Assembly: GCA_964057225.1 (NCBI GenBank) | Contig: OZ059897.1 | Coordinates: 2,666,001-2,730,000, forward strand | Origin: Auanema rhodensis | Lineage: Eukaryota > Animalia > Nematoda | Direction: 5' to 3' | DNA length: 64,000 nucleotides | Shown here: positions 54,801 to 64,000 of the stretch, one piece after another | How the letters are laid out: every line of letters begins with the position of its first letter | Position numbering within the stretch: the stretch's first letter is position 1 | Made by a program: the position numbers and the translations under genes | The notes under the pieces: model-generated | The model's input: only the letters and a program-made list of their open reading frames with translations | Database searches by the model: none | What the model was told of the DNA's origin: nothing

Positions 54801-57015
54801 CGTTTCTCAATGTAGTATAGTGCATTCGATGCGGATTTTTAAGCTGCGTCGATCTGTGTTATCAGATTTGAGGTAGCTTAAAAATGCTCCGAGATATCAA
54901 CTTATATAAGTTCACACTTATATCCTCGATTTTCACCCTGAAGAATTAATTTTTTCGTTGAATAACATTGTCCATCGTCTTCGCCTTGAAAAAAGGAATC
55001 TAAAAACATCTACTTTTTGTGAAATTATTTAGAAATTTTTCGGGAAAATTTTTGTCAAAATGTTTTTGGAAGCAATGTTGAGTGTACATGGGAACTCAGC
55101 ATACACTAATGCATTATTTTTCAAACGATCATAACTAATTTTTGTATGGAGCGTTTCTCAATGTAGTATAGTGCATTCGATGCGGATTTTTAAGCTGCGT
55201 TGATCTGTGTTATCTGATTTGAGTTAACTTAAAAATGCACCGAGATATCAACTGATATAGGTTCACACTTATATCCTCGATTTTCACCCTGAAGAAATGA
55301 TTTTTTCGTTGAAAAACATTGTCCATCGTCTTCGTCTTGAAAAAAGGAATCTAAAAACATCTACTTTTTGTGAAATTATTCAGAAATTTTTCGGGAAAAT
55401 TTTTGTCACAATGTTTTTGGAAGCAATGTTAAGTGTACATGGGAACTCAACACACACTAATGCATTTTTTTTCGAACGATCATAACTAATTTTTGTATAG
55501 AGCGTTTCTGAATGAAGTATAGTGCATTCGATGCGGATTTTTAAACTGCGTCGATCTGTGTTATCCGATTTGAGTTAGCTTAAAAATGCACCGAGATATC
55601 AACTGATATAGGTTCACACTTATATCCTCGATTTTCACCCTGAAGAATTAATTTTTTCGTTGAATAACATTGTCCATGGTCTTCGCCTTGAAAAAAGGAA
55701 TCTAAAAACATTCACTTTTTGTGAAATTATTAAGAAATTTTTCGGGAAAATTTTTGTCAAAATGTTTTTGGAAGCAATGTTGAGTGTACATGGGAACTCA
55801 GCATACACTAATGCATTATTTTTCAAACGATCATAACTAATTTTTGTATAGAGCGTTTCTCAATGTAGTATAGTGCATTCGATGCGGATTTTTAAGCTGC
55901 GTCGATCTGTGTTATCAGATTTGAGGTAGCTTAAAAATGCACCGAGATATCAACTGATATATGTTCACACTTATATCCTCAATTTTCACCCTGAAGAAAT
56001 GATTTTTTCGTTGAAAAACATTGTCCATCGTATTCGTCTTGAAAAAAGGAATCTAAAAACATCTACTTTTTGTGAAATTATTTAGAAATTTTTCGGGAAA
56101 ATTTTTGTCAAAATGTTTTTGGAAGCAATGTTGAGTGTACATGGGAACTCAACATACACTAATGCATTATTTTTCAAACGATCATAACTAATTTTTGTAT
56201 GGAGCGTTTCTCAATGTAGTATAGTGCATTCGATGCGGATTTTTAAGCTGCGTTGATCTGTGTTATCAGATTTGAGTTAGCTTAAAAATGCACCGAGATA
56301 TCAGCTGATATATGTTCACACTTATATCCTCGATTTTCACCCTGAAGAAATGATTTTTTCGTTGAATAACATTGTCCATAGTCTTTGTCTTGAAAAAAGA
56401 AATCTAAAAACTCCTACTTTTTGTGAAATTATTTAGAAATTTTTCGGGAAAATTTTTGTCAAAATGTTTTTGGAAGCAATGTTGAGTGTACATGGGAACT
56501 CAACATACACTAATGCATTATTTTTCAAACGATCATAACTAATTTTTGTATTGAGCGTTTCTCAATGTAGTATAGTGCTGTCGATGCGGATTTTTAAGCT
56601 GCGTTGATCTGTGTTATCAGATTTGAGTTAGCTTAAAAATGCACCGAGATATCAACTGATATAGGTTCACACTTATATCCTCGATTTTCACCCTGAAGAA
56701 ATGATTTTTTCGTTGCATAACATTGTCCATCGTCTTCGTCTTGAAAAAAGGAATCTAAAAACATCTACTTTTTGTGAAATTATTTAGAAATTTTTCGGGA
56801 AAATTTTTGTCAAAATGTTTTTGGAAGCAATGTTGAGTGTACATGGGAACTCAACATACACTAATGCATTATTTTTCGAACGATCATAACTAATTTTTGT
56901 ATAGAGCGTTTCTCATTGTAGTATAGTGCATTCGATGCGGATTTTTAAGCTGCGTTGATCTGTGTTATCAGATTTGAGTTAACTTAAAAATGCACCGAGA
57001 TATCAACTGATATAG
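48870..57015. repeat. Block duplication at 14-monomer (4914-bp) offset containing an internal 3-mer duplication
   Basis: ORFs 50383->55297 and 50721->55635; CTACTTTCTG near 49043 and 53957; internal 1053-bp repeat shown by ORFs 52138->53191 and GTTGCATAAC near 51798 and 52851. Confidence 0.87.
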
Positions 57016-60000
57016 GTTCACACTTATATCCTCGATTTTCACCCTGAAGAAATGATTTTTTCGTTGAAAAACATTGTCCATCGTCTTCGTCTTGAAAAAA
57101 GGAATCTAAAAACATCTACTTTTTGTGAAATTATTTAGAAAGTTTTCGGGAAAATTTTTGTCAAAATGTTTTTGGAAGCAATGTTGAGTGTACATGGGAA
57201 CTCAGCATACACTAATGCATTATTTTTCAAACGATCATAACTAATTTTTGTATGGAGCGTTTCTCAATGTAGTATAGTGCATTCGATGCGGATTTTTAAG
57301 CTGCGTTGATCTGTGTTATCAGATTTGAGTTAGCTTAAAAATGCACCGAGATATCAACTGATATAGGTTCACACTTATATCCTCGATTTTCACCCTGAAG
57401 AAATGATTTTTTCGTTGAATAACATTGTCCATCGTCTTTGTCTTGAAAAAAGAAATCTAAAAACATCTACTTTTTGTGAAATTATTCAGAAATTTTTCGG
57501 GAAAATTTTTGTCAAAATGTTTTTGGAAGCAATGTTGAGTGTACATGGGAACTCAACATACACTAATGCATTATTTTTCAAACGATCATAACTAATTTTT
57601 GTATAGAGCGTTTCTTAATGTAGTATAGTGCATTCGATGCGGATTTTTGAGCTGCGTCGATCTGTGATATCAGATTTGAGTTATTTTAAAAATGCACCGA
57701 GATATCAACTGATATATGTTCTCACTTATATCCTCGATTTTCACCCTGAAGAAATGATTTTTTCGTTGAATAACATTGTCCATCGTCTTTGTCTTGAAAA
57801 AAGAAATCTAAAAACATCTACTTTTTGTGAAATTATTTAGAAATTTTTCGGGAAACTTTTTGTCAAAATGTTTTTGGAAGCAATGTTGAGTGTACATGGG
57901 AACTCAACATACACTAATGCATTATTTTTCAAACGATCATAACTAATTTTTGTATAGAGCGTTTCTCATTGTAGTATAGTGCATTCGATGCGGATTTTTA
58001 AGCTGCGTCGATCTGTGTTATCAGATTTGCGCTAGCTTAAAAATGCTCCGAGATATCAACTTATATAAGTTCACACTTATATCCTCGATTTTCACCCTGA
58101 AGAATTAATTTTTTCGTTGAATAACATTGTCCATGGTCTTCGCCTTGAAAAAAGGAATCTAAAAACATTCACTTTTTGTGAAATTATTCAGAAATTTTTC
58201 GGGAAAATTTTTGTCAAAATGTTTTTGGAAGCAATGTTGAGTGTACATGGGAACTCAGCATACACTAATGCATTATTTTTCAAACGATCATAACTAATTT
58301 TTGTATAGAGCGTTTCTCAATGTAGTATAGTGCATTCGATGCGGATTTTTAAGCTGCGTCGATCTGTGTTATCAGATTTGAGGTAGCTTAAAAATGCACC
58401 GAGATATCAACTGATATATGTTCACACTTATATCCTCAATTTTCACCCTGAAGAAATGATTTTTTCGTTGAAAAACATTGTCCATCGTATTCGTCTTGAA
58501 AAAAGGAATCTAAAAACATCTACTTTTTGTGAAATTATTTAGAAATTTTTCGGGAAAATTTTTGTCAAAATGTTTTTGGAAGCAATGTTGAGTGTACATG
58601 GGAACTCAACATACACTAATGCATTATTTTTCAAACGATCATAACTAATTTTTGTATGGAGCGTTTCTCAATGTAGTATAGTGCATTCGATGCGGATTTT
58701 TAAGCTGCGTTGATCTGTGTTATCAGATTTGAGTTAGCTTAAAAATGCACCGAGATATCAGCTGATATATGTTCACACTTATATCCTCGATTTTCACCCT
58801 GAAGAAATGATTTTTTCGTTGAATAACATTGTCCATAGTCTTTGTCTTGAAAAAAGAAATCTAAAAACTCCTACTTTTTGTGAAATTATTTAGAAATTTT
58901 TCGGGAAAATTTTTGTCAAAATGTTTTTGGAAGCAATGTTGAGTGTACATGGGAACTCAACATACACTAATGCATTATTTTTCAAACGATCATAACTAAT
59001 TTTTGTATTGAGCGTTTCTCAATGTAGTATAGTGCTGTCGATGCGGATTTTTAAGCTGCGTTGATCTGTGTTATCAGATTTGAGTTAGCTTAAAAATGCA
59101 CCGAGATATCAACTGATATAGGTTCACACTTATATCCTCGATTTTCACCCTGAAGAAATGATTTTTTCGTTGAATAACATTGTCCATCGTCTTCGTCTTG
59201 AAAAAAGGAATCTAAAAACATCTACTTTTTGTGAAATTATTTAGAAATTTTTCGGGAAAATTTTTGTCAAAATGTTTTTGGAAGCAATGTTGAGTGTACA
59301 TGGGAACTCAACATACACTAATGCATTATTTTTCGAACGATCATAACTAATTTTTGTATAGAGCGTTTCTCATTGTAGTATAGTGCATTCGATGCGGATT
59401 TTTAAGCTGCGTTGATCTGTGTTATCAGATTTGAGTTAACTTAAAAATGCACCGAGATATCAACTGATATAGGTTCACACTTATATCCTCGATTTTCACC
59501 CTGAAGAAATGATTTTTTCGTTGAAAAACATTGTCCATCGTCTTCGTCTTGAAAAAAGGAATCTAAAAACATCTACTTTTTGTGAAATTATTTAGAAAGT
59601 TTTCGGGAAAATTTTTGTCAAAATGTTTTTGGAAGCAATGTTGAGTGTACATGGGAACTCAGCATACACTAATGCATTATTTTTCAAACGATCATAACTA
59701 ATTTTTGTATGGAGCGTTTCTCAATGTAGTATAGTGCATTCGATGCGGATTTTTAAGCTGCGTTGATCTGTGTTATCAGATTTGAGTTAGCTTAAAAATG
59801 CACCGAGATATCAACTGATATAGGTTCACACTTATATCCTCGATTTTCACCCTGAAGAAATGATTTTTTCGTTGAATAACATTGTCCATCGTCTTTGTCT
59901 TGAAAAAAGAAATCTAAAAACATCTACTTTTCGTGAAATTATTCAGAAATTTTTCGGGAAAATTTTTGTCAAAATGTTTTTGGAAGCAATGTTGAGTGTA

Positions 60001-62150
60001 CATGGGAACTCAACATACACTAATGCATTATTTTTCAAACGATCATAACTAATTTTTGTATGGAGCGTTTCTCAATGTAGTATAGTGCATTCGATGCGGA
60101 TTTTTAAGCTGCGTTGATCTGTGTTATCAGATTTGAGTTAGCTTAAAAATGCACCGAGATATCAACTTATATAAGTTCACACTTATATCCTCGATTTTCA
60201 CCCTGAAGAATTAATTTTTTCGTTGAATAACATTGTCCATCGTCTTCGCCTTGAAAAAAGGAATCTAAAAACATTCACTTTTTGTGAAATTATTCAGAAA
60301 TTTTTCGGGAAAATTTTTGTCAAAATGTTTTTGGAAGCAATGTTGAGTGTACATGGGAACTCAGCATACACTAATGCATTATTTTTCAAACGATCATAAC
60401 TAATTTTTGTATAGAGCGTTTCTCAATGTAGTATAGTGCATTCGATGAGGATTTTTAAGCTGCGTTGATCTGTGTTATCAGATTTGAGTTAGCTTAAAAA
60501 TGCACCGAGATATCAGCTGATATATGTTCACACTTATATCCTCGATTTTCACCCTGAAGAAATGATTTTTTCGTTGAATAACATTGTCCATAGTCTTTGT
60601 CTTGAAAAAAGAAATCTAAAAACTCCTACTTTTTGTGAAATTATTTAGAAATTTTTCGGGAAAATTTTTGTCAAAATGTTTTTGGAAGCAATGTTGAGTG
60701 TACATGGGAACTCAACATACACTAATGCATTATTTTTCAAACGATCATAACTAATTTTTGTATTGAGCGTTTCTCAATGTAGTATAGTGCTGTCGATGCG
60801 GATTTTTAAGCTGCGTTGATCTGTGTTATCAGATTTGAGTTAGCTTAAAAATGCACCGAGATATCAACTGATATAGGTTCACACTTATATCCTCGATTTT
60901 CACCCTGAAGAAATGATTTTTTCGTTGAATAACATTGTCCATCGTCTTCGTCTTGAAAAAAGGAATCTAAAAACATCTACTTTTTGTGAAATTATTTAGA
61001 AATTTTTCGGGAAAATTTTTGTCAAAATGTTTTTGGAAGCAATGTTGAGTGTACATGGGAACTCAACATACACTAATGCATTATTTTTCGAACGATCATA
61101 ACTAATTTTTGTATAGAGCGTTTCTCATTGTAGTATAGTGCATTCGATGCGGATTTTTAAGCTGCGTTGATCTGTGTTATCAGATTTGAGTTAACTTAAA
61201 AATGCACCGAGATATCAACTGATATAGGTTCACACTTATATCCTCGATTTTCACCCTGAAGAAATGATTTTTTCGTTGAAAAACATTGTCCATCGTCTTC
61301 GTCTTGAAAAAAGGAATCTAAAAACATCTACTTTTTGTGAAATTATTTAGAAAGTTTTCGGGAAAATTTTTGTCAAAATGTTTTTGGAAGCAATGTTGAG
61401 TGTACATGGGAACTCAGCATACACTAATGCATTATTTTTCAAACGATCATAACTAATTTTTGTATGGAGCGTTTCTCAATGTAGTATAGTGCATTCGATG
61501 CGGATTTTTAAGCTGCGTTGATCTGTGTTATCAGATTTGAGTTAGCTTAAAAATGCACCGAGATATCAACTGATATAGGTTCACACTTATATCCTCGATT
61601 TTCACCCTGAAGAAATGATTTTTTCGTTGAATAACATTGTCCATCGTCTTTGTCTTGAAAAAAGAAATCTAAAAACATCTACTTTTCGTGAAATTATTCA
61701 GAAATTTTTCGGGAAAATTTTTGTCAAAATGTTTTTGGAAGCAATGTTGAGTGTACATGGGAACTCAACATACACTAATGCATTATTTTTCAAACGATCA
61801 TAACTAATTTTTGTATAGAGCGTTTCTTAATGTAGTATAGTGCATTCGATGCGGATTTTTGAGCTGCGTCGATCTGTGATATCAGATTTGAGTTATTTTA
61901 AAAATGCACCGAGATATCAACTGATATATGTTCTCACTTATATCCTCGATTTTCACCCTGAAGAAATGATTTTTTCGTTGAATAACATTGTCCATCGTCT
62001 TTGTCTTGAAAAAAGAAATCTAAAAACATCTACTTTTTGTGAAATTATTTAGAAATTTTTCGGGAAACTTTTTGTCAAAATGTTTTTGGAAGCAATGTTG
62101 AGTGTACATGGGAACTCAACATACACTAATGCATTATTTTTCAAACGATC
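55600..62150. repeat. 7-mer then 5-mer higher-order units
   Basis: GAAAGTTTTCGGG near 57138, 59595, 61350; TCAGCTGA near 56301, 58758, 60513; ORFs 57403, 59860, 61615 (spacings 2457 and 1755). Confidence 0.83.
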
Positions 62151-64000
62151 ATAACTAAATTTTGTATAGAGCGTTTCTTAATGTAGTATAGTGCATTCGA
62201 TGCGGATTTTTAAGCTGCGTTGATCTGTGTTATCAGATTTGCGCTAGCTTAAAAATGCTCCGAGATATCAACTTATATAAGTTCACACTTATATCCTCGA
62301 TTTTCACCCTGAAGAATCAATTTTTTCGTTGAATAACATTGTCCATCGTCTTTGCCTTGAAAAAAGAAATATAAAAACTCCTACTTTTTGTGAAATTATT
62401 TAGAAATTTTTCGGGAAAATTTTTGTCAAAATGTTTTTGGAAGCAATGTTGAGTGTACATGGGAACTCAACATACACTAATGCATTATTTTTCAAACGAT
62501 CATAACTAATTTTTGTATAGAGCGTTTCTCATTGTAGTATAGTGCATTCGATGCGGATTTTTAAGCTGCGTCGATCTGTGTTATCAGATTTGCGCTAGCT
62601 TAAAAATGCTCCGAGATATCAACTTATATAAGTTCACACTTATATCCTCGATTTTCACCCTGAAGAATTAATTTTTTCGTTGAATAACATTGTCCATCGT
62701 CTTCGCCTTGAAAAAAGGAATCTAAAAACATTCACTTTTTGTGAAATTATTCAGAAATTTTTCGGGAAAATTTTTGTCAAAATGTTTTTGGAAGCAATGT
62801 TGAGTGTACATGGGAACTCAGCATACACTAATGCATTATTTTTCAAACGATCATAACTAATTTTTGTATAGAGCGTTTCTCAATGTAGTATAGTGCATTC
62901 GATGAGGATTTTTAAGCTGCGTCGATCTGTGTTATCAGATTTGAGGTAGCTTAAAAATGCACCGAGATATCAACTGATATATGTTCACACTTATATCCTC
63001 AATTTTCACCCTGAAGAAATGATTTTTTCGTTGAAAAACATTGTCCATCGTATTCGTCTTGAAAAAAAGAATCTAAAAACATCTACTTTTGTAAAATTAT
63101 TTAGAAATTTTTCGGGAAAATTTTTGTCAAAATGTTTTTGGAAGCAATGTTGAGTGCACATGGGAACTCAACATACACTAATGCATTATTTTTCAAACTA
63201 TCATAACTAATTTTTGTATAGAGCGTTTCTCAATGTCCTATAGTGCATTCGATGCGAATTTTTAAGCTGCGTTGATCTGTGTTATCTCATTTGAGTTAAC
63301 TTAAAAATGCACCGAGATATCAACTGATATAGGTTCACACTTATATCCTCGATTTTCACCCTGAAGAAATGATTTTTTCGTTGAAAAACATTGTCCATCG
63401 TCTTCGTCTTGAAAAAAGAAATCTAAAAACATCTACTTTTTGTGAAATTATTCAGAAATTTTTCGGGAAAATTTTTGTCAAAATGTTTTTGGAAGCAATG
63501 TTGAGTGTACATGGGAACTCAACATACACTAATGCATTATTTTTCAAACGATCATAACTAATTTTTGTATAGAGCGTTTCTTAATGTAGTATAGTGCATT
63601 CGATGCGGATTTTTAAGCTGCGTCGATCTGTGATATCAGATTTGAGTTAACTTAAAAATGCACCGAGATATCAACTGATATATGTTCTCACTTATATCCT
63701 CGATTTTCACCCTGAAGAAATGATTTTTTCGTTGAATAACATTGTCCATCGTCTTTGTCTTGAAAAAAGAAATCTAAAAACATCTACTTTTTGTGAAATT
63801 ATTTAGAAATTTTTCGGGAAACTTTTTGTCAAAATGTTTTTGGAAGCAATGTTGAGTGTACATGGGAACTCAACATACACTAATGCATTATTTTTCAAAC
63901 GATCATAACTAATTTTTGTATAGAGCGTTTCTCAATGTAGTATAGTGCATTCGATGCGGATTTTTAAGCTGCGTTGATCTGTGTTATCAGATTTGAGTTA

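Larger units (their letters stand above)
1..64000. repeat. Tandem satellite DNA array, 351-bp monomer, about 182 copies, head-to-tail, runs off both window ends
   Basis: ATGCATTATTTTTC recurs at 1, 352, 703 and onward. The recurring 62-aa ORFs start at multiples of 351 apart (1242, 2295, 9315, 10368, 10719), apart from two 1-bp phase shifts. Copy 1 has 112 G+C in 351 nt (32% GC). No unique sequence or strand switch seen. Confidence 0.99.

Noticed and set aside
305-57015. Hidden ancestral 11-mer higher-order repeat (23 = 11 + 3x4; 14 = 11 + 3)
   Set aside because: The two putative 11-mers do not share an ordered marker set, and other offsets (7, 10, 31) do not fit; likely numerical coincidence.
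1242-63557. Repeated 62-aa ORF (MIFSLKNIVHRL...) and related 63/70-aa ORFs
   Set aside because: They are the same satellite segment; presence depends on ATG/TTA and TAG/CAG/TGG polymorphisms, most monomers carry the stop, and the F/K/I/N-rich translation simply reflects A/T runs. No recognisable protein family.
1-64000. CRISPR array, rDNA/5S or tRNA tandem cluster
   Set aside because: No unique spacers and the unit is far too long for CRISPR; no recognisable rRNA, tRNA or Pol III A/B/C-box sequence.

Overview
The whole 64 kb is one uninterrupted, single-orientation, head-to-tail satellite DNA array. It holds about 182 copies of a 351-bp monomer (about 68% AT by hand count of copy 1), and copies differ mostly by a few shared substitutions. 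I see no genes, RNA genes, transposon insertions or inversions; every ORF in the track is the same monomer segment opened or closed by SNPs. The interesting structure is inside the array. (i) Shared variants reveal short-lived, nested higher-order repeats and block duplications (offsets of 2, 3, 4, 5, 6, 7, 10, 14, 23 and 31 monomers), with related variant sets at both ends around a different central set. (ii) The monomer is dense in inverted repeats, including a ~67-nt hairpin. (iii) Many recurrent variants, especially double substitutions, convert quasi-palindromes into perfect ones, as template-switch mutagenesis would. (iv) A subset of monomers carries a correctly spaced half of a hammerhead ribozyme core (CTGAAGA-stem II-GAAA), but I could not find convincing stems I and III. 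The host is probably a eukaryote but cannot be identified from the sequence alone. Block boundaries were traced by eye and are approximate.
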